Assembly: GCA_001781125.1 (NCBI GenBank)
Contig: MFKT01000001.1
Coordinates: 3,630-67,629 of the forward strand
DNA from: Candidatus Kaiserbacteria bacterium RIFCSPHIGHO2_01_FULL_53_29
GTDB taxonomy: Bacteria > Patescibacteriota > Minisyncoccia > Phycocordibacterales > UBA2100
DNA length: 64,000 nt
Direction of reading: 5' to 3'
Shown: positions 1 to 9,892 of the stretch, piece after piece
Layout: every line of letters starts with the position of its first letter
Position numbering within the stretch: the first letter of the stretch is position 1
Translations under genes and position numbers: made by a program
Notes under the pieces: generated by a model
The model's input: only the letters and a program-made list of their open reading frames with translations
The model's database searches: none
Told to the model about the DNA's origin: nothing

Positions 1-1588
1 TTTCAGGGTCGAGCTCCATAAGCCGGCCAGTGTTCGCTCCTTGGTAAATAGAGCCACCAATAACTACGGGTGTCGCAAATATCCGCGCGCCTGCATTCCA
101 TCGCCATTTCTCTTCGAATGTCTCGAGACCGATACAATATAGATTCTTGTCGAGCGATGCGGCGAGGACCGTATCGCCATAGATGACCGGCGTCGAATAA
201 AATCCGAATTCTGCTTTAAAGCGAGCCCGCTCCGTACCCACCTTTCTATTCACGAAGAAAAGTTCGCCCTTTCGATTCCCAAATATGACGAGGTCTCGTT
301 TCGCGTCATACGCGAATGATTCTTTGATATCGAAGCGACTAAAGCCGACGCCTCGTTCCTTCTCTGTAATCGCATGAGGCTCGAACTTCCATGCAAGCAC
401 ACCGGTTCTAGCGTCGAAGAGGTATGCGCAGCCGTCGTTGGAGCCGACGACCACTTGCCCGCACTCTTCGATGTAGCATGGCGAAGAGTGCGTATAGCAC
501 GGCATATCCGACATGCTCCATATTTTCTTGCCGCTCTTTGCGTCGATTGCCGCGAGACCGCCGCGTTTTCTCCAGAGGCCGAATTCGAGACCGACGAATA
601 CGATACCGAGGTCGCGCGCGACGGCCGGCGAAGAGCCTATCCAGTCCGCTTCAAAGTAGATCCAGCGTTTCTTTCCGGTCGCCGCGTCGAGCGCATAGAA
701 ATTGCCGTCGTATCCGCCGAAATACACCGTCCCGTCGAAAAGAGCCGGGGACGAAAAAATACCCTTTCCTTTTGTGTGCATGCCGATCTTGTACGACCAC
801 GCGACCTCTCCGCTTCTCTGCTCGAGGGCCCAGAGGGTCCCATTGTCAGAACCGACGTAGAGCCGCTCATCATCGATAGCGGGATCGGATTTCGGAACGA
901 CGTACTGGTAGCTCGGGTCTTTGCTTTGAAATTTCCAGAGCACGCGGTACGGTTGCGCGAGAACTTCTCTTTCTTTTTTCTCCAAATTCTCAGTCCCGAG
1001 CTCGTCATTGAAATCGTCGAGCGTAAAAAGGGAGATCACTCGGATACCTTTATCGTGAAAGTACGAATAATAATCTGCGTCGCGGAATCGCACGATCGTC
1101 CACACGGCAGAGATCTTGTGTCCGAGACCTTCCAATACCTCCACTTGCCTAATAAAGCTTTTGCCGCTGTTGATGAGATCGTCCACCAGGACGATCTCAC
1201 GGTCTCTCCTCAGCACTCCTTCAATCATTCGCATGAGTCCGTCTTTCTTGCGCGACTTCCGTATAAAAAATCCATTGACATCTTTTTTGCTACGTTTCCC
1301 ATGCCCATGCATCGTGAGCGCGGTCACCAAGGGGATGGCCGCGGTCTCTATGCCGCCGATCTGAAACGGATAGTGTGTGTCGAATTCATCCCAGAAAGCG
1401 TCGCCGATGTCGTCGAGGACGTGGGGCGTAAGCAGTATGCGGCGGAAGTCGAGAAGCCACCCTTTCTTTTTCTTTCGCTTGCGCGATCTCGAGACGATGA
1501 TCTCATCCTCAGCTTTGACATACGCGCCGCTCACCACAGCCTTTTTTATTCGACCTATACGCGCTTCTGACAGTGCATGCATGTCCAT
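1..1588 (-). CDS. Fusion protein: N-terminal phosphoribosyltransferase (orotate PRTase-like) domain plus C-terminal PQQ-like beta-propeller repeats; the 3' end runs off the window start
   Basis: Manual minus-strand translation from the ATG at 1588 gives MDMHALSEARIGRIKKAVVSGAY...IVLVDDLINSGKSF (PRPP-binding PRTase motif), then without an intervening stop ...DGTVYFGGYDGNFYALDAATGKKRW... (repeated PQQ/WD-like beta-propeller motifs) continuing to position 1. The ORF track omits it because it is open-ended. The listed 374..1570 + ORF is its antisense shadow. Confidence 0.5.
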   Translation of the reverse strand, partial: MDMHALSEARIGRIKKAVVSGAYVKAEDEIIVSRSRKRKKKKGWLLDFRRILLTPHVLDDIGDAFWDEFDTHYPFQIGGIETAAIPLVTALTMHGHGKRSKKDVNGFFIRKSRKKDGLMRMIEGVLRRDREIVLVDDLINSGKSFIRQVEVLEGLGHKISAVWTIVRFRDADYYSYFHDKGIRVISLFTLDDFNDELGTENLEKKEREVLAQPYRVLWKFQSKDPSYQYVVPKSDPAIDDERLYVGSDNGTLWALEQRSGEVAWSYKIGMHTKGKGIFSSPALFDGTVYFGGYDGNFYALDAATGKKRWIYFEADWIGSSPAVARDLGIVFVGLEFGLWRKRGGLAAIDAKSGKKIWSMSDMPCYTHSSPCYIEECGQVVVGSNDGCAYLFDARTGVLAWKFEPHAITEKERGVGFSRFDIKESFAYDAKRDLVIFGNRKGELFFVNRKVGTERARFKAEFGFYSTPVIYGDTVLAASLDKNLYCIGLETFEEKWRWNAGARIFATPVVIGGSIYQGANTGRLMELDPE

Positions 1589-1619
1589 GACTATACTATA
1601 AAGCTCTCCGGGATGAAGC

Positions 1620-2954
1620 GTGATCTGCTGCATTCTCCACGTGATAGTATCAAGACTAATGCTGCACGATGCATTGTCTTTGAGCAAATGGGAACAAAAA
1701 TTCCTCGCTGCGTATCGACGCGCTTTTTCGATACAAGAAATAGAAGAGAGCGTGCCGCTCCAGTGGGTTTTTGGGGCGTTGCTCTTCACTTTTTTTGTCA
1801 CGTTCGAGAAATGGGTCGGCTCCGGCGCCATTACCGTCTCGGCATACGTCGAGAATTCCTACGCATGCTGGCCCTATTTTCAGGATTGCGGCCGATTCTA
1901 CTTTCTGACGCGGCTGCCGGACGGCTATTCGCAGACAACGTTCTACGTCGTCCTCTTCGTCGTCATGCTCCTTGTCGCGTACTTCATGTACCGCAAGCAA
2001 TGGGTATACGCGCATGTGGGCATGCTTGCCCTCTGGCTCTGGAAAGTCGTCGTTATGTTCGGGCTCACCTATGCGACCATGTGGGGGAATTACGATTACT
2101 ACGATGTCGTGTTTCTCGTCGCCGTGCTCTTCCTGCCGCATAAAATGTTCTTCCTCCGCGCCTTGTTCGTGACGCTCTATTTCCTGGCATCGACGATAAA
2201 GATCCACGAAGGATGGGTACTCGGCACGTACTTCACGTCGCTCGAGACGGGGCTCCCCTTGTTCGGTAATACGCTCGCGCCGTTCGTCACGAATCTTGTG
2301 ATATTCATGCAGATGGTCGGTTCCGTCATGCTTTTGAGCACGCGACCCGTTCTGCAGCGCATCGCATTCTTCTATTTCCTTCTGTTCCATATGTACTCGG
2401 GCATCCTAGTCGAATATCGCTACCTTGTGACGTCACTGCCGATGCTCATCATTCTTTTCGGGGTGTTCAATCGAACGATCCCGCTTCCCAGGGGACGCAA
2501 GGCAGTGGTCGGCTGGATATTTTTACTGCTGCTCGCTGCGGTCCAGCTGATACCCATCATCATCATACGCGGCGATCAGAAAATGACTCTAGAGGGTAAT
2601 AAGTACGGACTCTATATGTTCGAAGCCAACCATCAGTGCATTTCTTCGGTGACGGTGTATACGATTGACGGGCAAACGGAGAGCTCAAGAGAAGAGTCAT
2701 GGAGCGCGAGGAAACGGTGCGATCCGTACCGGGAATGGTTCACTCTGCGACAGGCATGCGATCGAGCTCCCGCAATCGCGCGTATCAAATGGGAATACGA
2801 CCATTCGATAAACGGCGGGCCGTTCTACCGTATTGTCGATGAAAAAGACGCGTGCGCGCTGGAATATCACGCATTACGGCACAATGCGTGGATCAAATTG
2901 CCTGAGGATAGACCTCAGATCGTCGGATATCCGGTAAAGAATCTGTACCATTGA
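1620..2954 (+). CDS. Polytopic membrane protein (about 8 hydrophobic helices, then a C-terminal soluble Cys-containing domain; HTTM/VKGC-like architecture is a guess)
   Basis: 444-aa ORF with multiple long hydrophobic segments and a hydrophilic roughly 130-aa C-terminus. It is divergent from the upstream minus-strand gene. The start may be the internal ATG near 1659. Confidence 0.5.
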   Translation: MICCILHVIVSRLMLHDALSLSKWEQKFLAAYRRAFSIQEIEESVPLQWVFGALLFTFFVTFEKWVGSGAITVSAYVENSYACWPYFQDCGRFYFLTRLPDGYSQTTFYVVLFVVMLLVAYFMYRKQWVYAHVGMLALWLWKVVVMFGLTYATMWGNYDYYDVVFLVAVLFLPHKMFFLRALFVTLYFLASTIKIHEGWVLGTYFTSLETGLPLFGNTLAPFVTNLVIFMQMVGSVMLLSTRPVLQRIAFFYFLLFHMYSGILVEYRYLVTSLPMLIILFGVFNRTIPLPRGRKAVVGWIFLLLLAAVQLIPIIIIRGDQKMTLEGNKYGLYMFEANHQCISSVTVYTIDGQTESSREESWSARKRCDPYREWFTLRQACDRAPAIARIKWEYDHSINGGPFYRIVDEKDACALEYHALRHNAWIKLPEDRPQIVGYPVKNLYH

Positions 2955-3160
2955 TATGCGCGTGTATGGATGAAAAGAATATTCTGGCACTCCAATGCAT
3001 ACGGGGCAATTCCGTCGCGGAGCTCACGCCGTTGCAACTACTGATCGAGCCGTATGCCGACATTATCGTCGTTTTCTGGTGGATCCTATGGATAAGTGTC
3101 GTCGTATATATCTGTATCCGTATCATCGCGGCGTATGTCAGTGCGCGCGATGCTCCGTGA
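2951..3160 (+). CDS. Possible small hydrophobic protein (69 aa)
   Basis: The ORF contains one strongly hydrophobic segment (IIVVFWWILWISVVVYICIRIIAAY). No homology was recognised. Confidence 0.2.
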   Translation: MICACMDEKNILALQCIRGNSVAELTPLQLLIEPYADIIVVFWWILWISVVVYICIRIIAAYVSARDAP

Positions 3161-3214
3161 CGGTATCCACACCGAAGGCATAGTCGAGTCCGCCGATGTT
3201 GCTATACTTGCGAG

Positions 3215-3550
<336 letters not shown>

Positions 3551-3565
3551 TCTTTCGAGCAATAT

Positions 3566-4681
3566 ATGGAGCCGAATACCTCGAGTCCGAAGAATACTCG
3601 CCTACTCCTATCAGTAGGCGCTCTCGCCGTGGTCGCAGTTGCAGCTGCTCTATGGTGGTGGCAAGACGCCGCTCCCAAAGCCGGCACTTCGTACGAGGAC
3701 TTCATCGGCAATAATAGTGCGTTCGCGCAGGCTGAAGAGTTGCGCGTAGCGGGGAACAGGAGCGAAGCCGCGGCACTCTATCAAAAAGCCCTAGAAGGGT
3801 TCACGGATATTGAGGACGAAGGCCGCATCAAACTGCGTCTGGCGCTTGTCGATCCCGGTACCTACGCGCACAAGATCTCACTTCTAAAGGAAGTTGCGGC
3901 GGACGTTCGCTATTCCAGGATCACGCGAGCATATGCGGTATTCAATATGGCGGATCTGTTCTACTCGACATCCGATCCCGAGATCACCAAAGCAATATTC
4001 AGCGATGAGAAATACGCGAAATACAAAAAAAGTAATGATCTCACCTCCTACCGACGGCTCGCCGAATACGCAGCATCGCTCTATCCCATCGCGTTCGCGG
4101 AATTACGTATCGCGCAATGGCACGCAAGTCACATAGAACGCCTCTTAAAACAGCAAACACCGGACAAAGCGGAAATAGAAAGATCTACGGCAATCATTCA
4201 CGAGCGCATGGAAAAAGCTGATCGCGATATCGCGCGCATCGCACAGCAGCATGACAACTATTTCGTCGATATTCCGCGCATATTTCTGTTGCGTGCTCAA
4301 ATAATATCTAAACAAGAGAGAGTGGGAAATACGTCCTTTGGCACTACGGAAGACGCGTTCAGGCGAGCCTTAGATGCCTACGTACAGTATGGAAAGCCTG
4401 GCTCCGATGGATATGCACGCTTTTATTATTCGTCCGCATTGCAGAAAAAATATGGAAAGGAGCGTCAAAAGGAAATACAAACTCTGCTTGCGCCATTGTA
4501 TACGGGCACTGTGTACGAAAATACTCCGGTCATGACATATTTCAAGAATGAGCGCGCCAACTTGCTTGGTTCGAAGTCGCTGATCATTCAGGTGGCGGGT
4601 CTCGATCCTGATTTCAAAAGCATGCTCCGTTCTCTTGGATGGACTGAAGAGGATTTTGTACGGAGATCGACCTCAAGCTAA
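3566..4681 (+). CDS. Hypothetical signal-anchored, mostly alpha-helical protein
   Basis: 371-aa ORF with an N-terminal hydrophobic anchor (LLLSVGALAVVAVAAALWWW). The rest is charged and helical, and no specific family was recognised. Confidence 0.55.
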   Translation: MEPNTSSPKNTRLLLSVGALAVVAVAAALWWWQDAAPKAGTSYEDFIGNNSAFAQAEELRVAGNRSEAAALYQKALEGFTDIEDEGRIKLRLALVDPGTYAHKISLLKEVAADVRYSRITRAYAVFNMADLFYSTSDPEITKAIFSDEKYAKYKKSNDLTSYRRLAEYAASLYPIAFAELRIAQWHASHIERLLKQQTPDKAEIERSTAIIHERMEKADRDIARIAQQHDNYFVDIPRIFLLRAQIISKQERVGNTSFGTTEDAFRRALDAYVQYGKPGSDGYARFYYSSALQKKYGKERQKEIQTLLAPLYTGTVYENTPVMTYFKNERANLLGSKSLIIQVAGLDPDFKSMLRSLGWTEEDFVRRSTSS

Positions 4682-4686
4682 GGACC

Positions 4687-5475
4687 ATGCTCTCTTTCGC
4701 GCGCCGTCTTGCGCCCTACATTCTGGGCGCTTACGCTGTGATACTTATCGTATCGACCGCGACCGATTTCTACCCGTATGAGGATGTAGCCTTTTTCTTC
4801 GACGATTCTCCCGAGCGGGCATACGCATACGCCCTGAAACATTTCAGCGCACTCGATGCGCGCGAATACGATATCGATCGCGCGGAATTCTTCTACCTGG
4901 AAGCGGCGAAACGCAACCTGGATGTAGGGTATCCATATCACGAGCTCGCGCGTATCGCTTTTTTGCGCGGCGATTTCGAACGGGCGCTCGCGCTTATCAA
5001 GCTACAGATCGTGCTTCATGGTGATTCGATGCCAAACAGCTACTACATACGGGGACTCATCTTAGGCTTTATGGAGCGCTACGATGAGGCGGCACTCTCT
5101 TTTGAGAAATTCCTGAAATTTCACCCGACCAATTGGGCGGCGATGAACGACTACGCGTGGGTCCTTCTGAAAGCGGGCCGCGCCAAAGAAGCACGCCTCA
5201 TTACGGAAAAAGCACTCGAATATTTTCCGAATAATGTATGGGTCTTAAACAGCAATGCAATTGCCGCTTTCGAGATGGGCGATACTGCCGGAGCACTGGA
5301 AAGTGCGAGCAAGGCCGCGCAGTTCATCGATACCGTCGGTGTGGAAGATTGGTTGCGGGCGTACCCGGGCAATGATCCGAATATCGCGCATGAAGGCATC
5401 ACTGCTCTGCGGGGTTCGATATTGAAGAATATGCACATGCTCCGGGCCGCTTCAGCAAAAGATGCGGTAGAATGA
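4687..5475 (+). CDS. TPR-like repeat protein with an N-terminal transmembrane segment
   Basis: 262 aa with an N-terminal hydrophobic helix and repeated A/Y/L-rich helix pairs (AYAYALKHF..., ALALIKLQIVLHGD..., EAALSFEKFLKFHP..., EARLITEKALEYFPNN...) typical of TPR. Confidence 0.6.
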   Translation: MLSFARRLAPYILGAYAVILIVSTATDFYPYEDVAFFFDDSPERAYAYALKHFSALDAREYDIDRAEFFYLEAAKRNLDVGYPYHELARIAFLRGDFERALALIKLQIVLHGDSMPNSYYIRGLILGFMERYDEAALSFEKFLKFHPTNWAAMNDYAWVLLKAGRAKEARLITEKALEYFPNNVWVLNSNAIAAFEMGDTAGALESASKAAQFIDTVGVEDWLRAYPGNDPNIAHEGITALRGSILKNMHMLRAASAKDAVE

Positions 5476-7511
5476 ACATGTCTATGAAGACAGCACGACT
5501 TTCTGCGCGCGGGAATATTTTGTTCGGCATTGCCGTGCTTGTGCTTCTGCTCGGCACGATACAGTCGGACGGCGCATTCGTATCTTCTGAAGTACGTTTT
5601 GCTGACGATTCCGCACAGGGTCTTTCGATCGTGCCCGCATCATGTCCCTCAAGTCCGCATGAGACGCCGAGTGAATGTGACGAGCCCGGGTTCAATGAAT
5701 GTTTTCTTTCCGATACTCCACCGGGCATCATCGCAGAGGGCACCACCGCCACGCTGCATTGGGATGCCGGCAAGACAGACTTTACGTATTTGAGCGGAAG
5801 CATCTCTCAGGGCGTCGGTGCCGTCTCATCGGTCGGTTCCATTCCGGTAACGCCCGCGCAGACGACGCAATACGTATACACCGGCACCCGGCAGCATTAT
5901 CAGAGCAGGACCGGACAAGTTCTCTCCTTTTCGTGCAGCACGACGGTCGCGGTGGACTCGCCTCCTATCGACTACTGCCCCAATATCGCGGGCACACAAA
6001 CTTCGGTACCGAGCGGGTATCACACAGAAGACGGCCAATGCGTTCCCGACCCCCAAAAATACTCCTGCAACACGAACAATCAGTGTATAGCTGATTCCAG
6101 CGGTCCGTACACCAGCTCGAGTTGCGACAATGCGTGTGGTTCCGTCGTCCCAAAATACTCCTGCAACGCGAGCAATCAGTGTGTAGCTGATTCCAGCGGT
6201 TCATACACCAGCTCGAGTTGCGACAATGCGTGCGGCGGCGGTAGCAACTCATGTGAAATGTACTTTGAACCGGCATCAATCCCGCCCGACGGCAGCTCAA
6301 CCCTGTATTGGACCGCAGATCATCCGGGCACGATGTATCACTCCGGCGCTACATGGCAGGTTCCTGCGGTTGGCAGCGGAATAAGCGGAGACCTCGAATC
6401 GTATCAGCTCGTAGACAACGTCAACGGTGAGTCATGCACCGCAGAGCTCACGATCCAATGTCCCGCAGGCCAAACGTGGGACGGCACCCAGTGTGTCGGC
6501 CAAAAATACTCCTGCAACACGAACAATCAGTGTATAGCTGATCCCAGCGGTCCGTACACCACCTCAAGCTGCGGGGGCGCGTGTGCACCCGTCCAAAAAT
6601 ACTCCTGCAACACGAACAACCAGTGTGCGTTGGACTCGAACGGTCCGTACACATCCTCGAATTGCAACAACATCTGCGGCAGTGGCGGAGGATTTTCCTG
6701 CAACGCGGGCAATCAGTGCGTGGCGAGTCCCAGCGGTTCATACGCTACCTCGAACTGCAACAATGCGTGTGGCGGTGGCAGCTGCTCCAAGAGCCCCTAT
6801 TGCGACGACGATACCAACGCGCATTACAGCGTCAGCGCAAGCTGCCAGTACGTTTCAGACGGGGACTGTGATGGCGGTGGTTCCTGCACCAAAAAACCCT
6901 ACTGCGATGCCGGCACCAACAAGCAATACGGCGTAAGCGCTAGTTGCCAATATGTTGCAGGCGGCAGCTGCATCGAATGTCCAGGTAACCAAAGTAAGAT
7001 CTGGAACCCTACGACGCACCAATTTGAGTGTAGGGTAACCGGATGTCCATTACCGGTCTACTACTGCCAAGCTGACAACTTGTGCCACCGCACATACGGA
7101 AGCTCCCCGGAATGTCAACCAAACAACAGCTGTTCTGCCTGTGCATACGGATGCACGCAAAGCGGATCGAGCTCTTCATGCAATCCGCCGCCCGCGCCCG
7201 AGATCGTGACGTGGAACGTGCACCCGACTCTGGTTCACCGTGAGAGCACTGTGCAGGTTGAATGGGAAGCCAAAAACGTCCGATCGTGCACTGTTAGGGG
7301 CACGAATAGCGACGGCACAGGGAATAATGCCACCGGTGTGTGGGGCGGCACGGCCGGTAGCACTCACAATCTGAGCGGTACTAAAACATCAAGCCCTATT
7401 ACTGCGCAGACTATCTACACAATTGTCTGTCAGCCGGTTCCCGAGTCTGTATCCTCTCCCGTTAGCCGCTCGACGACTGTCAACATCATCCCCATTTTTC
7501 AGGAACAGTAG
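5472..7511 (+). CDS. Secreted cysteine-rich tandem-repeat protein
   Basis: Signal peptide (MKTARLSARGNILFGIAVLVLLLGTIQS) is followed by at least 5 copies of a roughly 39-aa unit KYSCNTNNQC[IV]ADSSGPYTSSSC[DN]NACG and 2 copies of a second unit PYCD..T...Y.VSASCQYV..G.C. The C-terminal region is also Cys-rich. Confidence 0.7.
   Translation: MNMSMKTARLSARGNILFGIAVLVLLLGTIQSDGAFVSSEVRFADDSAQGLSIVPASCPSSPHETPSECDEPGFNECFLSDTPPGIIAEGTTATLHWDAGKTDFTYLSGSISQGVGAVSSVGSIPVTPAQTTQYVYTGTRQHYQSRTGQVLSFSCSTTVAVDSPPIDYCPNIAGTQTSVPSGYHTEDGQCVPDPQKYSCNTNNQCIADSSGPYTSSSCDNACGSVVPKYSCNASNQCVADSSGSYTSSSCDNACGGGSNSCEMYFEPASIPPDGSSTLYWTADHPGTMYHSGATWQVPAVGSGISGDLESYQLVDNVNGESCTAELTIQCPAGQTWDGTQCVGQKYSCNTNNQCIADPSGPYTTSSCGGACAPVQKYSCNTNNQCALDSNGPYTSSNCNNICGSGGGFSCNAGNQCVASPSGSYATSNCNNACGGGSCSKSPYCDDDTNAHYSVSASCQYVSDGDCDGGGSCTKKPYCDAGTNKQYGVSASCQYVAGGSCIECPGNQSKIWNPTTHQFECRVTGCPLPVYYCQADNLCHRTYGSSPECQPNNSCSACAYGCTQSGSSSSCNPPPAPEIVTWNVHPTLVHRESTVQVEWEAKNVRSCTVRGTNSDGTGNNATGVWGGTAGSTHNLSGTKTSSPITAQTIYTIVCQPVPESVSSPVSRSTTVNIIPIFQEQ
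6040..6790 (+). repeat. About 117-bp tandem DNA repeats inside the Cys-rich protein gene
   Basis: Near-identical nucleotide blocks (aaatactcctgcaacacgaacaatcagtgtatagctgat...cagctcgagttgcgacaatgcgtg) recur at roughly 6058, 6166, 6490 and 6598. Confidence 0.7.
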
Positions 7512-7536
7512 CTTCTCTCAATGATATAGTCTGCGT

Positions 7537-8007
7537 ATGACACATACATCATCGATCCGGACGCTCACGATCGTCATCGTGATGTTTCTCTTCGCGTGGA
7601 TCGCGCTTGCGCACGTGGTGCAAGCACAAGAGTCCTCGGGCGATCTGCGTGCGACCATCCGCGCCGAATTGTTGAGCGATCCGCGCACGAGCAGCCTCTC
7701 GCAAGCACAGATCGAGGAAATGGTGGATGTCCTCTTACAGGAGGCACAAAAGCAGGGCGTGACCTCGCACGATATACAGTGGCGACCCGCACCGTCGGCA
7801 GATCCTGCCGAGGACTCCGGGTCAGCCGTTGCCTGCGGGAATGTGCCCTCAATTCTCTGTGCAATGAATACAGCGTTCGGCTTTGATGGATCGGATCTCA
7901 AGATTCCCATAGGTCTTGCCGCCAGCTCCATTCTCCTCATCGTCCTTATCGGGCTGATGATAGAAGAGCATCGCCGCCGCGCGGGAGCTATCGCGCGATC
8001 TCTTTGA
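7537..8007 (+). CDS. Hypothetical bitopic membrane/secreted protein
   Basis: 156 aa with an N-terminal signal-like helix and a C-terminal hydrophobic helix (IGLAASSILLIVLIGLMI). Confidence 0.45.
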   Translation: MTHTSSIRTLTIVIVMFLFAWIALAHVVQAQESSGDLRATIRAELLSDPRTSSLSQAQIEEMVDVLLQEAQKQGVTSHDIQWRPAPSADPAEDSGSAVACGNVPSILCAMNTAFGFDGSDLKIPIGLAASSILLIVLIGLMIEEHRRRAGAIARSL

Positions 8008-8024
8008 AGGGCGCGTACAACAAG

Positions 8025-8052
8025 TTGCTTTTTTAACCCGTTCGGCTATAGT
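8025..8052 (+). promoter_or_regulatory. Candidate sigma70-like promoter upstream of rplC (TTGCTT-N16-TATAGT)
   Basis: Read directly from the sequence. It sits roughly 80 nt upstream of the L3 start. A GTCGGCCTTGGGCCGAC hairpin lies in the leader. Confidence 0.3.
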
Positions 8053-8129
8053 GCCTCAACGCTACGTCGGCCTTGGGCCGACCAATGGTAAGATGCTTCT
8101 CGCGTCTACCAGGGCGCGTTTTTCATTTT

Positions 8130-8729
8130 ATGGCTAACAAATTCATGCTGGGCACCAAAGGGCGGATGACGCAGGTCTTCGATGAGAAGGGCGTTGTTTC
8201 TGCTGCGACCATTGTGAGCGCAGGGCCTCTCACCGTGACACAGATAAAGGGAAAAGAAACAGACGGTTACGACGGGGTACAGGTGGGTTTCCTCGCTGCA
8301 AAAGAGAAACACGTCAACAAAGCACAAAGTGGTAAACCGTTCACGTACCTCCGCGAATCATCCTTTGATGTCGCCCCGGAGATAGGCGCCTCGATCGACG
8401 TGTCAATTTTCGTCCCCGGCGACATGGTCACTGTTTCCGCCATCTCAAAAGGCAAAGGATTTCAAGGTGTTGTGAAGCGGCACGGATTCCACGGGGGCCC
8501 CAGAAGCCATGGTCAGAAAAATCGAGAGCGCTCTCCGGGCTCTATTGGCGGCGGCGGTCGCGCAGGCGGGCGTGTCGTGAAGGGAATGCGCATGGCAGGC
8601 CGCATGGGGGGCAGTAGGATCACCGTCAAAAATCTCAAGGTCTTGCAAGTAGACGTGGCCACCAATACACTCGTCATTTCGGGTGCCATTCCAGGGCGTC
8701 CCGGTACACTCGTCGAGATCAGAGGCTAA
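8130..8729 (+). CDS. rplC: 50S ribosomal protein L3
   Basis: MANKFMLGTKGRMTQVFDEKG...FQGVVKRHGFHGGPRSHGQKNRERSPGSIGG matches the L3 signature. The start is taken at the internal ATG of the 8073 ORF. Confidence 0.9.
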   Translation: MANKFMLGTKGRMTQVFDEKGVVSAATIVSAGPLTVTQIKGKETDGYDGVQVGFLAAKEKHVNKAQSGKPFTYLRESSFDVAPEIGASIDVSIFVPGDMVTVSAISKGKGFQGVVKRHGFHGGPRSHGQKNRERSPGSIGGGGRAGGRVVKGMRMAGRMGGSRITVKNLKVLQVDVATNTLVISGAIPGRPGTLVEIRG

Positions 8730-8761
8730 TTTTGTACCTGTCCCGTTAGAAACAAACGTAT

Positions 8762-9517
8762 ATGAACAACGAAACAAAACATACAGAGAAAGAGACAAGA
8801 ACCACTGCCTCGAAAAAGGCCGGGGTTTCTAATGGGATGGAATCAGTAATTTACAACGCACAAGGAAAAAAGCAGGGCTCGGTGAAATTACCCGAGAGTA
8901 TTTTCGGCGTCGCGTGGAATGATTCGCTCATGCACCAGGTGGTGACGGGGATGCAGGCCAACGCGCGCTCGATGGTCGCGCATGTGAAAAACCGCGGAGA
9001 AGTGAGAGGCGGCGGCAAAAAGCCGTGGGCCCAAAAAGGAACTGGCCGCGCGCGCCATGGCTCTACGCGTAGTCCGATTTGGAAAGGCGGTGGCGTTACG
9101 CACGGGCCCCGGAAGGACAAAAACTATTCGCAAGCGATCCCGAAAAAGATGCGCGCGAAAGGGCTTTTCATGGCGCTTTCGCGCAAGCTCAAAGACAGCG
9201 AGATCATCTTTGTTGATTCGTTCGGATTGAATGGGCCGAAGACCGCCGCCGCCCAAAAAGTACTCGCGATACTCGGAGGAGTATCGGGCTTTGCAAAACT
9301 TGCCACCAAAAGAAAGAACGCCGCGCTCATAGCGCTTGCCGATCCGACCGAAGCTGCACAAAAGAGTTTCCGCAATATCGGCAACGTCACGTGTGTTGCG
9401 GTGCGCAATTTGAACCCCGTGTCTGTCCTCGGCAATTCCTATCTCATCATCGAAAATCCCGAAGCCGCAGTGGCGATTATTGCGCAGCGCGTTCGGAAGC
9501 CAGTGGCTAAACCCTAG
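8762..9517 (+). CDS. rplD: 50S ribosomal protein L4 (the true start may be the internal ATG near 8837)
   Basis: ...RGEVRGGGKKPWAQKGTGRARHGSTRSPIWKGGGVTHGP... matches the L4 signature. Confidence 0.85.
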   Translation: MNNETKHTEKETRTTASKKAGVSNGMESVIYNAQGKKQGSVKLPESIFGVAWNDSLMHQVVTGMQANARSMVAHVKNRGEVRGGGKKPWAQKGTGRARHGSTRSPIWKGGGVTHGPRKDKNYSQAIPKKMRAKGLFMALSRKLKDSEIIFVDSFGLNGPKTAAAQKVLAILGGVSGFAKLATKRKNAALIALADPTEAAQKSFRNIGNVTCVAVRNLNPVSVLGNSYLIIENPEAAVAIIAQRVRKPVAKP

Positions 9518-9535
9518 TGGCGAACTACTATTCCT

Positions 9536-9892
9536 ATGGCACTATTTTCACGAAATAAGAAAAAAAACAAAATCGAATCGGCTCCGGCTTCTGTTTCGAT
9601 GAAGTCGAATACGCGAGACCTGTCGCACATCCTTCGTCATACCCGCATCACGGAAAAGGCAACCATGCACTCAGCCGATGGCGTCTATACGTTCGACATT
9701 GCCCCAAGTGCCACGAAGCGCGACGTCATGCAGGCGGTGCGGGCACTCTACAAGGTGACCCCGCGGCACGTAGCGGTCGTAAGCATTCCCACGAAGACGA
9801 AACGCAACGCACGAACGGGTAAAAGTGGCGTGAGGGGCGGAGGCAAAAAGGCCTATGTGTACCTTAAAAAAGGCGAGACCATAACGTTCTAA
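9536..9892 (+). CDS. rplW: 50S ribosomal protein L23 (possible N-terminal extension; alternative start near 9599)
   Basis: ITEKATMHSADGVYTFDIAPSATKRDVMQAVRALYKVTPRHVAVV matches the L23 signature. Confidence 0.85.
   Translation: MALFSRNKKKNKIESAPASVSMKSNTRDLSHILRHTRITEKATMHSADGVYTFDIAPSATKRDVMQAVRALYKVTPRHVAVVSIPTKTKRNARTGKSGVRGGGKKAYVYLKKGETITF

Noticed and set aside
374-1570. 398-aa plus-strand ORF covering the start of the window
   Set aside because: The opposite strand encodes a coherent PRTase + PQQ-propeller protein with recognisable motifs. The plus-strand translation is low-complexity R/A-rich shadow sequence.
1656-2390. 244-aa minus-strand ORF
   Set aside because: It is antisense to the polytopic membrane protein gene. 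It is highly charged (E/R/H-rich), unlike real proteins of this genome.
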